The notes under the pieces were generated by a model. It was not told where the DNA came from. It saw only the letters and a list, made by a program, of their open reading frames with translations, and ran no database searches. The position numbers were made by a program, and so were the translations under genes. This document shows, piece by piece, positions 38,686-52,976 of a stretch of DNA of 64,000 nucleotides; the stretch's first letter is position 1, and every line of letters starts with the position of its first letter. This DNA is from Podarcis erhardii. Taxonomy: Eukaryota. The stretch lies in assembly GCA_964252035.1 (NCBI GenBank), contig OZ176203.1. The stretch is one strand, 5' to 3'.

Positions 38686-39016
38686 CAGGGGTCTGCAACC
38701 CGCGGCTCCAGAGCCGCATGTGGCTCTTTTACACCTTTGCCGTGGCTCAGGGGCGGATACTAGCGAGGGGAGGAGGCGCATTGTGCGCCCTGACACTCCC
38801 CACTGTGGCGGGTGCTGTACTGGCTGTGACGTCGCATGGGGGTGGTGCGTGCGTTAGTCATGCACCGTCCCGACGTCACCTTCCCACCCGCTGTCAGATC
38901 GGAGGGCAGCGGCGCACATGCTTTAAATGTCGCAATGGTTTTGTGGCTCCCAGGTTTTTTTTTCTTTGGAAACAGGTCCAAGTGGCTCTTTTTGTCTTAA
39001 AGGTTGCAGACCCCTG
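38686..39016. mobile_element. Non-autonomous hAT transposon (331 bp)
   Basis: Perfect 15-bp TIR CAGGGGTCTGCAACC and perfect 8-bp TSD GCCTAAGA (38678-38685 / 39017-39024). Confidence 0.95.
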
Positions 39017-39724
39017 GCCTAAGACAGGCCCTTCTTCCTGCCACCCAGCCATACTGTCCCTGATTTTCCCTGGCTGGAATGTGTCCCTGGCCTAGAATGT
39101 GCATTTCACCATCTTTACTTGTAGCTGTTACCTAGAGCCAAAATGCAGCGTTGCATTTTCAGCACGCTTATGATGGTGTGCTGTTTTCATACAGTTTTGT
39201 TTTGTTGGCTACTGTATGGTTGGAGCCCACAGTTAACAGGCTTCTAAGAACTGTAGAACTGTAGAGCTGGAAGAGTAATCTAGCCCAATTTTCTGCATTG
39301 CAATCTGTTCATAAGATGCTAATATTCTGCTAAGAAGAAATCATTTTTCTCTGCTTTACTGAATTTAAAATCAGCTTACCACACTTGTAAGTGATTGCTG
39401 ATCCATGGCTATTTGATGTACCTGTGGGGACAATTTATTTGCTGATGAAGAATTATCATTGAAACAGTTCATTATCCTAGAAGAACTGTTCTGTCTGCTG
39501 CTGTGCTCGGAGTACCTTATTGCTACGTTCGGAGCACCTATCACTGTGCATTTGCAGGATATTGTCTGTGGAAAGGCATTTTGCCTCCATCTCAGTGTTC
39601 TTTGGTAGTGACTGACCAAGCCTACCATTTCTGTTCATGGAACATTTATTTGACCCCTATTATTTGTGACTCCATGCACATATTACATGTCTTCTGTTTA
39701 TGAATTGTGAAACAGTATAATGTC

Positions 39725-40312
39725 TCTTCTTCTTCTTCTTCTTCTTTGGCGATCACTTGTAGCTGAGTAAGATTGTCTTCCATAAACATGGTTTTAACAG
39801 TGAGTCCGTAACTGACTGTGGAGGCCAATTCTGGATCCACACGTCCTTCCAAAATGGGGACAATGGTTTCCTGGCGGGAGTTGATCATAGTGTGGATTTA
39901 CCAAGTGTGCCTTCCTCTTAGCAAGTTTTTCCCTTGCGTCCTGAGTTCGAGTGTCTTCAAAGCCCATGACACCTTTTTGCTGTTCTCCAACTGGAGTGCT
40001 CGCAGGCCAGTGTTTCCCAGTTGTCAGTGTTTAAACTACATTTTTAAAGATTTTAACTTAGGACAGTCTTTAAACCTCTTTTGTTGACCACCAGCATTTT
40101 GCTTTCCATTTTTAAGTTCGGAAGAGAGTAGTTGCTTTGGAAGACAATCATCAGGCATCCACACATGACCAGTCCAATGAAGTTGATGTTGAAGAATCAT
40201 TGCTTCAACACTGGTGATCTTTGCTTCTTCCAGTACACTGACATTAGTTTGCCTGTCTTCCCAAGTGATGTGTAAAATTTTTCAGAGACACTGTTGATGG
40301 AATCTTTCGAGG
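39725..40312 (-). mobile_element. RTE-clade LINE 3' fragment (distinct from BovB) with a (GAA)n tail
   Basis: The minus strand encodes a broken C-terminus (ILHITWEDRQTNVSVLEEAKITSVEAMILQHQLHWTGH...GSRIGLHSH) typical of RTE ORFs. Confidence 0.85.
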
Positions 40313-42489
40313 ACTATTTTGTCAGTACATTATTAGCCTCATGTTGTTTGTGGTTGTTTACTGAATTTAAAAGCTGGAATCCTTTTCATAGGGAAGGGGT
40401 CATGCTGTGCTGCTAATACCACACCTCTCCTCCCCGCATCATGCTAGTGGCAAAGGTGGCACAAGAGGGACTGACGATGATCACATGCCACCTATGAACC
40501 ACAGGTTGCCCACTTGTGATTTAAAGTGCTACATGTTACTTTTCCCCTCATGCAGTTGTTCATCTTTTTAAAAGCTTTTAGGTGTTCTTAATTTTCTTTT
40601 TTTAAAAGCAATGCCTTTATTTTCTTTTTAATAGTATTGGCTTTACTGTTACTTCATTGTTTACTGCCCTGGGCTCCTTTGATAGGAAGGGAGTGATAGA
40701 AACCTACTAAAGAAATATGTTGGAACATGTAGTTATTCGTTACACTAGTATTCAAGTATAAATTCAGGTGAGGTCTGTTGTTTGTTATAAAGCATATACA
40801 CTTGTAATTTTAAAGCGAGGGTTTTTCAAGGGTTCTCATCCATAGCATATAATCCAGAAAGCACAGTTTATGCATTGTGGTAGCCAACAGAAATATGCTC
40901 CTGTACAGCTTTTCTTGCAGAAATTCAATATATACCATAGCTTGTCAAACTCTGAACATAAATAGTAGGTGCCTTAGGCATTTGTTTCCTTATCGTCTGC
41001 TGCTGTTTTAATAGCAATAAAAAGGCTTGTTTAAGCTTTAGATATGGTTTAACAGTTTAGTTCAAACAGTTTTCTGAAATGATACAGAATTCAGGGTATA
41101 AACTAGATTAGAAACCATTGCTTGTGGGGTATTTTAATGTTGTCCAGGCAACTGTGTCTACCAGAATATATTCACACATATGTTAAAAACTAGAAAATTG
41201 CTTCTTCTTATCCAAATAGTTGTATAGCTACATCTATATGCCATGCCAAAGTTTGCTTGAAATTCTGAATTTCCCCACTTCTATTTCTGGTGCATTTCAC
41301 CACATCAATTCATACAAACAGAAGCAATACATTAATTTCCAATAATATATATGTCCATATTTCCGATCATTTCTAGTAATAGGTTGAACTGAATCACTGA
41401 AAATTTAGGATTCAGGTGTGCATTTGATTGCAGCTGGCTGTGAGGAAGCAGCAGCAATGCTGCATTGGCTGTGTAAGTCTGCAGGAAGCCTGACCAGCAA
41501 TAAATCAGGTCAGGTTAGAGGTCAGGGCTCCTTTCTCTGCATGCAGAGATAAAGCAGAAAATCCGAGGTGGAGGTGCAGGCTTGATGAACAACCAACCAG
41601 AAAGAGAAAAACCTAGAGAAGCAGGTGAGTAGAGATGAATAGAGGAATTGCTGGGAAGCATCCCATTCTACTTGCAGAGACCATTTTGAAGAAACAGAGA
41701 TAAGAAAGTGTAGCTCACTAGGAGTATCCAAAGAAAAGTGAGAAGAGAAAAAGGATTTGGAAGTGAGGGACTCAGAGTACTTAAGAAGGCAACAAGAAAC
41801 AGGTGTTGGATCTAGGTTTGGGGACAAAAATTCCTAACAGCAAACCTATAACAGGAGATTGGTGGACTGTAAGGGAAGTAGGGGTAGGATGCAGAACAAG
41901 CTCAGGGGACGATTCCAGTGTTGAAAATGGCAACTGAGCTCTGGGGCAACTTAGATGGGCAGGGTACAAATAATAAAATTATTTTTGTTATTGTAGCACC
42001 CAGTATACTCTGAAGTAAGAATATACTGGCACTGTAAGGATCCTCAGGTGTGGCAGGGAGACGTGGTGGATGAACACTGATTGCCAGCACCATGTGTGGT
42101 AAATTCATTTTTAAAACTATTAAACACAGGGGAATGGATCCAGACTAAGTACTTAAGTTATGATTAACTTGCCCTATTGATTGCAATGGGATATAAATTG
42201 ACCTTCATTAATTTAAATCCAGTCCAAGAAAATCAACCCATTTTATTAAGTGTGTCACTTTGCTTTATTAATGAAAGCAGCTTCCATTCACAGAAGGGGT
42301 CCTTCCATTCAGTGCTATTTTTCTAGAAAAAGAGGTACTGGAACTCACCATGAACACCTCTCTCATCTTCCTAGATTAGCTAAGGTGCCCACCTGAGAGG
42401 GGCCAGAACTGAGTTCTGTTGATTTTCTGGCTGAAAAAAGCCCTACTTCCATTACTGAAAGTCTTCTGTGAATAGAAGGATTTTCTGTT

Positions 42490-42900
42490 TGTCAGGACTA
42501 GAGTCAGACACAGGTCAGCAATAAAAGAAGCGGATCTCCATTGTGAAGTTAACTCTTTATTCAAGGAAACAAACATACAACTCGGAAACAAACATACAAC
42601 TCGGCCTAGTTGTCTCAGCAACACTCCCCAGAAGGTCTTGCCCCTATAGAACAGTTGCCAGGACTGAAGGTCCCTGCTTTTCACCATTTCTAAGGCTCCA
42701 CATCTCCTGGATATTTCCCAAGCAGTCTCCAATTGCCTCAGCACTCCTCTGACCTGCTCTTCTCAGTATCCTGCGAGATTTTGGAAACCAGGTGGGGAGG
42801 GGAACTTGTTGCAGCAGGAGAGGGAGACTCCCTGGATTCTTCAGCAGTCCCTTGATCCCCCTCCTCCTCATGTGCCTGTCGCAGCAATTGAAATTTGACA
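42490..42900 (-). mobile_element. Solo LTR
   Basis: TGTCA...TGACA termini, AATAAA on the minus strand and a 19-bp tandem duplication at 42565-42602. No clean TSD. Confidence 0.7.
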
Positions 42901-45900
42901 CTCACTACAATTTTGTATCTATTAAACAGATTTTGCAGGGAATTTGTCTTGTTTTGCAAAATCTGATGCCAAGTGACAGTTAGCTTAGAAGAATGTGTGC
43001 ATAAAACATGGGGAACTACTTTTAACTACAGTGTTCTAAAACTGTTCAGCTCCAACATTAAATACAAGAGCTGTAAATCCGAATCTCTGCTCATTAATGG
43101 ATTTGTTAGTTCTGAATCAAAATCAATATCTCAGTTTCCCCATTTGTATAAAGGTATTGTTCAGACAAACAAGGCAAAACATTTTCTGCAAGTACATAGC
43201 TGCTATCTTTTATTTTTAAAAAGTGATCCACAACGAAAGGTAACTGAAACAGTAAATTAATAATATTTCTTTGAGAAGGAGACTTATTAGTAGAGGAGGA
43301 GAGGGGAGCAGCAGTTTTTTCAAACCCTTTTTTTCATTTATAAGTTATTCTTGAAATTAAATTTAGTATGTCAAATTGCAACACAGTTTAGGTGTAGCCA
43401 AAGCCCAGTACATTTCTGTCCCCTTGTTAAGCCTTCTTCAGGCATTCAGGAACAGGGAGTGGAGGAATGTGCATGCTAGCTCTGTCCCCATCCAGTCTCC
43501 ATCACTCTCTGCAAGTTGAAGGGTGAGGAAATCTTCTGTACCAAGGCAGGCTTTTGCATGAGGCAGAACTCTGGATAATCAGGGTCCTACATCATGTGGG
43601 AAGCCAACACCAGTAGATTCAGGCTTATTACTTCAGATAGTTGTCCTCCATCTCATGAAGGAATGGGGAAGGAAGGTGGGGCAAGCATGCTCCTCCACAT
43701 GGTCCCTCTACACGTGCTGCTTCTCCCATCCAAAGAGGACTTCAGTCCACTCTATTTTAGACTGAAGATGAGAGTCCATGAAATGCCTGCCTATGAAATG
43801 ACAAACTCTTATTTGGGAAGGTAGCATACCACTCAATTGCAACAAAAAAACATTCAGAGGCTGTATATCAGAAAGAACGACAGATTAGAATGATATTGAA
43901 TAGATGCCTCAAGATTAATTAAAAAGAAAAGCATCTGGCATAAGCAGAGATGACAAGCAAAGAAAAAAATGATAATGTACTTCTGACAAAATGTGATCAT
44001 TAAAATCAACTAAATATAATTTTAATCATCTCATTAGGTAACTCGTGATGTTAAAAAAAAGATATTACCAGCTGGATTAAATCTCCAGAACTCAGTGCTC
44101 TCTGAATGACTCTTCATGTTTCCCAATTAATTTTCTTGATATTAAAAAATACATATGTATAGTATTAAATGTGTCTTGGAGGCTGCTATGAAAATAATTT
44201 CAGCAGAAGAATTCATGCTGCTGTCTTACACAGAACGTAAAGATTATTAATAGATTCTGGCATGAAATAGTTGAGGCGGCTTGTATCTGTAGGAACTCCA
44301 AATGTGCACAGATATGCAAAGACAATGGAGGTAAAATATACTTTCAGAATTGTCAGAATCTATCTCTGAAAATATATTCTAATACATTACTATATGCATA
44401 GACACACAGCATACAGCCCAGCCACAGTGCTTGCCTGCAGATGGCTATAGGCCATTGTCACTTTAATCATGGGTTGCATGTGTTCAGCTACTAGGACTGA
44501 ACCTTGGTGGATCAACCTTGCTTACATTGGTGGATCAGCTGCATGGCAGCTACCAGCAGAAGAACAATGTATCCATCATGGGTGCAGTGAATTCCATTTC
44601 CACTTGCTCAACCTGTCCAAAGTTTTTGATGGCAGCTCTTGTCTGGTATGACCCCAGAGAAGAACAAGGGTAAGAGCATCAACCATCTTGGGTACATATG
44701 GGGACTGCAGTTTTTCTTCCTGTACTAGATTTGAGTAGAATTTTATTTTGAGAATCTTTTGTAACCACCTGGGAAGGGCAGGATATGAGCATTCTTTTTC
44801 TTGATAAATAAACTCCATACATAAATAGCATCATTCTTGTATATGGACTCCAGATATGTATAAAATACGTTGCTTTTTTGCTGCTAAGCTGACACTAAAA
44901 ATAAATGTTAGTGGAGAAAGAAAATTTGTTTTGGTATGAACATTTTTAGATGTCCTTTTTTTAAAAAAAAAGATGCTCATTTGTGCTATGTAATATGTCA
45001 TGCATATTATAATGGGTTTGTTTGTTTTTAAAGAGATCATTGTGGGAGAATTATAGAATGATGAACATGTTTCATAACAGCTTGGCCTGAAGGTAAAGAG
45101 CAAAAGCTCCCAAAAACATTTACAGCAGATAACTATGGTGAAAATGAGCCTAAAATTTATGTGCCTCTTTAGCTATATTGATAGGTCTTTCACCCCTGTT
45201 GTATACAGTGTGGGTATGAAAGGGGTTGGGGTTTTTTTTTCTTTATTTGGCTCTGAGTATTAGGGGATTGTGCAATTTCTGAAGTTTGCCTGCAGCTGAC
45301 TTCCTTTTCAAACTATCAACACATTTGCCTGAATCAATCTGGCCTCCTTAATCTAAGTCTCAAGGTTCTGTTTAACCATTTATATTTTGTTTCCAATGCA
45401 GTTCACACACATCAACTCTGGTTTTTGTCCTACTACCAGCTGGGTGAGGAAGGGGGCACCATCCATTTGCCCACTGGCAAAGAGCAATCTATTTTGTTAT
45501 ACTGTACTAAGGAATATGGTTAGGCACCCATTAAGTCACCAAGAAACTTGCCTGGCTAGTTCAACAATGGAATCCTCCATTAGATTTTTTACCCATTCTG
45601 GATCCAGGACCCCAGCAATTAGAAGCGGCTCAGGCAACATATAACCTATAGACTCTGCCCCTGGTCATTCTGAGACACCATGTGCCTTACAACTGCACGC
45701 CTCCAAAGACATTTTTTAAATCTTTTCTTTCCTCGTACTTTTAAAAAGCATGAAATGAACCAGTCTTGTTAAAAATGAGTTAGTGGGAAAGTGCACTATG
45801 TTATATAATTGAAAATGTCATGAATTTTTCAGCTAGATTTGATGCACAATAAACCAGAACAGCTCCTCTACAGCTACGGTGTTGCAATCTTTCAGGTCAC

Positions 45901-46038
45901 TGATCTACTATTCAGATATTCTTTGAGTGTCAGGAACTAGAGATGGAGTAACTTTGTAATTAGACTGTGAATATCATAAACAGAAGCAAATCCCACTGAA
46001 ATGAACATTATCTAGAGCCCATGCACTTAACTTCTCTA

Positions 46039-46039
<1 letters not shown>

Positions 46040-46078
<39 letters not shown>
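46040..46078. repeat. (CA)n microsatellite, about 19 units
   Basis: Directly visible. Confidence 0.98.
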
Positions 46079-46085
<7 letters not shown>

Positions 46086-47637
46086 TAACTTTCAGAAGTT
46101 CATTTCAGCTGAAATCCTAACAGCTCTTTGCCACACACACAAACACACACATATATTTACAGCTACATAAAGGATAGCTGTCCCAGAATTGTGTTACAGC
46201 TATGACTTGCAATGGTACAGAACCCCTTTGAACAATCACATTATATGAAATGCCAGTGCAGGATATGTAGGTGAAATGGTAGCCAAGCATGAGGCTTTGT
46301 TCATGAGATACTTCAATGGAAAGCAAAATATGCTTTGCAACAAGGAACACAAATTTCCAGGAAAAGAAGCACCAGGATTCCTATACTTCTAAAATGGATA
46401 ATCTACTTAAGGGACAAAAATGGTAGCAAGATCATTCTACAGAATTATCCCAGGTTTTTTTAATAGTAAACTGTCTTATGAAGAGCAATCATTTTGAAAC
46501 TAGCAAAGGGGGCAACCAGAAGAAGTGCAGAGATCCGTAATAACGCTAAGAATGAATTCATTGTTCTTGATGTACTTCACTTTACAGAAGTTGGAGGTCT
46601 CCATAATTCATATGTGTCCTATTCAGGATAATGCTGCCTCCCACTTCTCAGCACAAAGTCTTTACATGCACTTTATTAAATGGACTACATAAATGTACTG
46701 TAGATACACGATATATAACAAAAGGCCCAGCTAGCTGCCAGCATCATACTCTTACATACAGAAAAGCATTATCATTGAGGCATTTTCAGAAAATTGCTTT
46801 CTACCATGATAGTGGTGACCCTTATTTAGACTCTGGAGGCGACAGAGAAACTTGTGAGAATTGTATCCACAGGTTTAAATTAAGAGGAAAAGGGGGATGA
46901 CTGGAAAGCTGATGAGCTTTTGACATGACAAAGTACATACACTTCAAAGTGTGTTATTGAGTATGGCTGTGCACAAAGATGAGAGAAGTGCACATGCAGA
47001 AAGTTATTCACTTGCTGCTGTAACATCAGCAGCTCTCCCTGCTGAAGAAACAAGCTGCTCTTTAAACTAGAAAGCAGCTTGCTTCTTTGCATTGGGAACT
47101 GCAACAGTGGAGTTCTGGGTGTAAATGTGCATCTCTCGCATGCGTCCCAGTCTGATGTTTCTACAGCAGTGACATAAAGACCACAAAAGGCAATCAACTT
47201 TTTAATCAGCTTGACTCTTCTGCCAATAATTTTCTCTGCCTCTATGAAGCTGCATGACCCTAGAGGCCATCTAATACTGGATGCATAGAAGAAATTGGTA
47301 AACACCATAGGTCATCAGGTCATAGGTTGTTTCAGCAAGGTCAGTGTTGGACAAATATGAAAGTAGCTTTCAAAAATGGTAGAAGTGAAAAAATCCTGGA
47401 ACTGTGATGATCCCAAAGTTTCCACTGATATTCATTACTCTGTCCATCAGTTGTGGTCATTTTCGGATACTGTTTAGAACAATTAGATTGATGGAGGTAC
47501 AAATCAAGGCATTTTGGTGATTGTACCCGAGTTGTAGAATTTTCCAAGAGAAGTTAGACTGTCCCTTCTCTGCTGTCCTTTAGGTGGATAGTTATGATAT
47601 TTGTATTTTGATATTTGGTGTCCATTATTGAAATCTT

Positions 47638-47987
47638 AGGGATATGGGTGGCATTGTGGGTTAAACCACAGAGCCTAGGAGTTGCCGATCACAAGGTCAG
47701 CGGTTCGAATCCCCGCAACGGAGTGAGCTCCCATTCCTCGGTCCCTGCTCCTGCCAACCTAGCAGTTTGAAAGCATGTCAAAGTGCAAGTAGATAAATAG
47801 GCACCGCTCCGGCAGGAAGGTAAACGGCATTTCTGTGCGCTGCTCTGGTTCACCAGAAGCAGCTTAGTCATGCTGGCCACATGACCCGGAAGCTGTACGC
47901 TGGCTCCCTCTGCCAATAAAGTGAGATGAGCACTGCAACTCCAGAGTTGGCCACGACTGGACCTAATGGTCAGGGGTCCCTTTACCT
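47638..47987 (+). mobile_element. Sauria SINE, subfamily B
   Basis: 13-bp TSD TTATTGAAATCTT (47625-47637 / 47988-48000), with the characteristic head and tail. Confidence 0.95.
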
Positions 47988-50900
47988 TTATTGAAATCTT
48001 GCCTGCTTAACTCTATTTTGTTTGCTTTCCTCCCAAGTTCTAATGCTCTCAATTTTTAATTGTAATCAGATTTTAATTGTTGTAAGTGGCTTTGGAGAAC
48101 CTTTTTAGAGCTAAAAAGTGACACACAAGTGCCTTTTTAAACAAATGCATACATAAAAATTGATAGGATATAATCACAGATCCCATTAATTTCATCAGAA
48201 GCTTTTCGCATTCAAGGGCTCTAAAGCATACTTATAACCTTAGAGCTCAAAATATATATCAAGCTTTCTTTTACTGAGTCAGAACTTTGGAGCTTGTTAA
48301 GCCTATGTGGCTTGACAGTGGTCCTCCAAAGTGGCCCAGCCATAAGATCCTTTTAACTGATGCCAAATTGTGAACCTGGGAGCTGCCCCATGCAAAGCAC
48401 TGCTCTATTGCCATTTCTCTTCCTAATGCACATCATTTTAGCATTCCCTTGCTGGGCTTCTGGTGGCTCTCGGATGCATCCAGCTGGCTGCATCAACCCA
48501 GCATTTTGAGAGAATACAGATAGCTGCCAAGATATACATGGACTTGTATTTCGCTGGTGTCCAATTCATTTTTGGACTCTATTCAAATTGCTGTCTATTG
48601 CCTTTAAAGTTGTAAATACTAGCAGTCGTAAAGACTGGGGCCATGATAGTTTAGAAGAGGAACACCTCCCCTATCAAACCTGCCCATTCACTAAAATCAG
48701 CTTAGCAGTCCTTTCTGTGCCTTGCCGTTTATCTAATGAACGGTTAGCAGAAACACCTTGCCCTGTGACAGTCATCTGCCTCTCCAAATGGAGAGAAAAA
48801 ATGTTGACTGTGAGATACTGTGAACCACTTAGAGGTCTTTTGTTCTAGTAAACAGTAGATACATTTTGTTAAATAAAAGAAATACAAGATCATCAACAAT
48901 CACAATGATCCCACACTGCCTGTTTCTTCTGTCCCCTGCTCCTTTTTAGAGATTTTGTTTTGTTTAATGTTTTATTATTTAATAGATTGGTGTTTTGTTT
49001 TGAAGTGAGCCTCCACGGTCATTTAATTTTTATTATAAAATGGAAAGGCAGAAAATAACCATTTTCTAGAACTATATAAAACTTTACCATCACTCTGAAA
49101 TGGAAATGATGGGAAACAATGGGCCCAAAAAGGCCAACAGAAGGCGAGATCATTCAGCAATAACAGCCAGACAGCTGTTGCATTCAGTTTGGCCTCTCAC
49201 ACAGTTCGTGCAAGGGGGAGGTCTTCCTATGCAGGCCAACTGAAGGAACAGTGGGTGAGTTTGGATTATCTGTAAGCAGCAGAGTAAACAAAAAGTAAAA
49301 GTAAACAAAAAAAGCAGGAGTTTTACCAAGCCTCTGTGTTTGGTGGATTACATTCAGTATGCATAACTGTGGCAATCTCAGGTGAATTATTTTTAGTTAC
49401 TGATGCAAAATATTACAACAGCACCACATGGAGACAAATTTACAAGCCATGTGTCAGGCTGCTGTCAGCTCTGGCAAAGCCCATCACCCCAGGAGGTCCT
49501 ACCACTGCTCCATCCCCCCTTTCAAATATATATATTTAAAAGGGGGGCTTGTATTGTAAGCAGTGTCAAGCAACAGAACCTATCTGCTTTAATTTCCCAC
49601 AATGCTCAAGAGTGATGCTACACTGGAGATATTAAGCCTGATTTAGCTGGTTGGTATTATGTTCAGGAAGTCAAACACATCACAGAAAGATACTCCTTTA
49701 TGCACTAGGAATGTACAAAACTCTCCTGAGAAATTTGACTAATCTTATTAAAACTGTTTCAGCTCCTCTTGAAAGACACATATTTTGCCTAAGGAGGAAC
49801 CTAAACACATTCCAAGCTAGCTCTCAATTTCACTTAAGATGTCGTTTCAGCTGCAGCTGTACAATGATAATGAACAAAGCAGCCCATTTCTGCTGGTCCA
49901 AGTCCCATTTATATGGGATCCCTCATTTCAACTCATCTCAGATTGCTCTCTCAGACACATTCAGGTGGTGCTAAAACCAGGGAATAACTGAGTTCCACTC
50001 TGCACATTAATCTAGAAGGTTTAAATCATGTCAGTTTATATAGGGAGTTGTGAAGACTGAATTTCCTGGGCAACCCTAATGATGCTCTGACTTGCAACTT
50101 TCCACTAACTTGTTGTCCTAAGTACTCCATTTAATATATCTCTGTAAGATCTTCTCATAGTCTGTGCTGTCCCATCTTTGAAATTGTACAGGGCATGTAT
50201 CAGCAGCACATGTATGAGGTTTTCTGAAAATCTGGATATTGAGGATATCCACCCGGGTTCTGCCACCCACAATTCCTGTCTCGTTCCTTGATCTCAGTGA
50301 GAAGCAAGAGTTATTTTTAACCTTTTCTGCTAAAAAATGCAAACAATTATTGTGTATTCTATTAATTATTATATGCATAATATTATACACATATTATACA
50401 CTTATGCTTTCCAGTAGTTCTAAAGTAACCATCACAAAAACTGATAAACGAGAATGCATGTGATCGTATAAAAATTCTTATGTATTAATAAATGATGCTG
50501 CAGAAATGAGAGACTTAACTCCTTTATATGCAAATGTTTGTGCAAAATTTTGCACATTATTAAACAGGCTTTATTTTCTTTTTAAAAAAATAACAGTGCA
50601 TAAGTGGCTGGGACATAAGCAGTGCTCAGTGTAAGATCCAATTCAGGCAAAGCTTGAATTGGCTTGAAAGCACCAAGATCCATTTAAAATTATCTCCTTC
50701 TCCATCCCTACCTATGTATGTAAATGCCTGTTGGATATAAGAAACTGCCAAACCTAGAGAAATAGGTTTGTAAGAAATAGGCAGTAAGAAAGGGTACCAG
50801 ACCTCTACATCTCTTTGCAAATTTCATCGTGTTCAGCCTTCCAGTTCATGTAACCTTTTTGATGCCATTGTAGGAGTTGTTAAAGACGCACATGCAAATG

Positions 50901-51682
50901 GCATTCAGATTAAATGGAAACTGAACCACAACGTTTGTTTCAAATAAAACAAACAATGCATGAAACATTATGTCTCGAAACATCTAAGCATGTGTTACAT
51001 TTTGCATAATGGCCAACTTACAAATTAAAACTCTGAACTGCATGGGATACTATGGCACAGTTGAAGAATTCTTTTGACAGTGGCAATCTTGACATATGCC
51101 TGTTACCTGAACTGGGCTTTCTTCCAGCATGCTGAAATGATGACTAAGCTTCTGGGGAAATGCTTCAGTTACAAAAGGAAGGCTGGCAGCAGCGCTAAAT
51201 ATAAAGCGCTTGTTCATAACTTGATAAAATGGCAGAACTTTTAGCAAAAGCACCTATGGCAGTTGGCCTCTACCCTCTCACAGTCAATATGGAACCTCTA
51301 AACTGATATGCCTGCCAACAGTTTTCTTAATCTCCCTGATATTACTTAGTTTGGTACATCTGCTACTTCAGATGCTAGCATATTGCACTACCAAAGTATA
51401 GCCTTTTGATTTCACTGTGAAGTCTGTAACAAAGGAATACAAAGAACTGAAGGTGAAATAAGCTTTTAGACCTTCAAAAATGTGCATGCTCTGTATCTTC
51501 AGGCATAATAACCTACACAATTTCTTGAAACAGGGTGTGAATGAACTCAAAGCTCCACCATGGTTTCTAATAAATTGGTCCAGGTCTACCAATCTTGGAT
51601 GCAGCCTATGTCATCTTCAGTATGCTTATGGCAGTATTTGTCCTGAGTACATATTAATCAACCGGTATTCCTATAGTAGATA

Positions 51683-52039
51683 GGGACACGGGTGGTGCTG
51701 TGGGTTAAACTACAGAGCCTAGGACTTGCTGATTGGAAGGTTGGTGGTTCAAATCCCTGCGACAGGGTGAGCTCCCGTTGCTCGGTCCCTGCTCCTGCCA
51801 ACCTAGCAGTTCGAAAGCACATCAAAGTGCAAGTAGATAAATAGGTACCGCTCTGGCGGGAAGGTAAACGGTGTTTCCGTGTGCTGCTCTGGTTTGCCAG
51901 AAGTGGCTTAGTCATGCTGGCCACATAACTCGGAAGCTGTATGCCACCTCCCTCGGCCAATAAAGCGAGATGAGCACCGCAACCCCAGAGTCGGTCACGA
52001 CTGGACCTAATGGTCAGGGGTCCCTTTACCTTTACCTTT
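51683..52039 (+). mobile_element. Sauria SINE, subfamily B
   Basis: Full-length match to 47638 and an (ACCTTT)n tail. The TSD is unclear. Confidence 0.93.
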
Positions 52040-52542
52040 ATACCCGTAGTAACAGTTTTCTGAAGAAAACAGTTGTTTTCCTTTATCATCATAAGTCTAA
52101 ACCCTCAAGGCAGCACATAATGTAATTCATTGTTATTATGCTTATTGCATTGCCGGTACACTGCAACATTTTATATTAGCAAAGCCTTATTAAAGGATGT
52201 GTTAAGAGGCTGTTGCAAAACAAATTTTAGTGGTATTTTTTCCTGCATGACTTATGCCCCAAAGTGTTCAAGCACCAAACACTTGAGAAGAAGTTAAGGA
52301 CATTGATTCAATCCCTCCCACCCAAAAGGTAAGCAGGAGGGACTACATAGTACTGAATCCTGTAACAGAAATCCACCCCCCAGCTTTAGCAGCTTGACAC
52401 AATGATCCAGCCTCATTAATACAGCCTTTGTTTGTGCATGATATCCTGTGTGCAGGACTTACCGTATATGCAGAGTTTAAGAGCACAATCGTATATTATA
52501 CACATCACTTGCAAAGAAAATGCACCCCAATTCAATCGGGCG

Positions 52543-52976
52543 TGTCAGGGAACTGCCATCGGAGCCAGAGGAGGAGGGAGGGCTCCAGAGGGATTCCAGA
52601 GAGCGTCCCAGGAGGGAGAGAGGCAGCCCATCTTCTGGGGAAGGAAATCAGCGTAGCACCAGTGGAGAAGGGGGGCAAATGGGGAAATCGGCGAGGGGGC
52701 TCCATGACTCCTTGCCAGAGACCAGCGGGGAGAGCACGGGTCCTCCGCTGCCCACACCCTCCCTGCACAGAAGGCTTCCGCGCAGGGAGAGTAGGCGGAG
52801 ACTAGGCGTCAAAGAGCTTCTTTGCTGGAAGAAGTTCAAGAAACGCCCACTGACGGATTCTGCCAGCGATTGAGACAGCCACGGATGAGTGGCTGTCCAG
52901 ACAGAAAGGGTTCACCCAGGTAACTCAGCCAAGCATGGCGCCGATTTAAGCACGAGCAACCCCTAGAACCATTACA
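52543..52976 (+). mobile_element. GC-rich solo LTR (434 bp)
   Basis: TGTCA...TTACA termini and perfect 5-bp TSD GGGCG (52538-52542 / 52977-52981). Confidence 0.88.

Noticed and set aside
39440-39490. SECIS- or C/D-snoRNA-like TGATGA...AAA...GA
   Set aside because: Helix II does not pair and there is no D box at a suitable distance.
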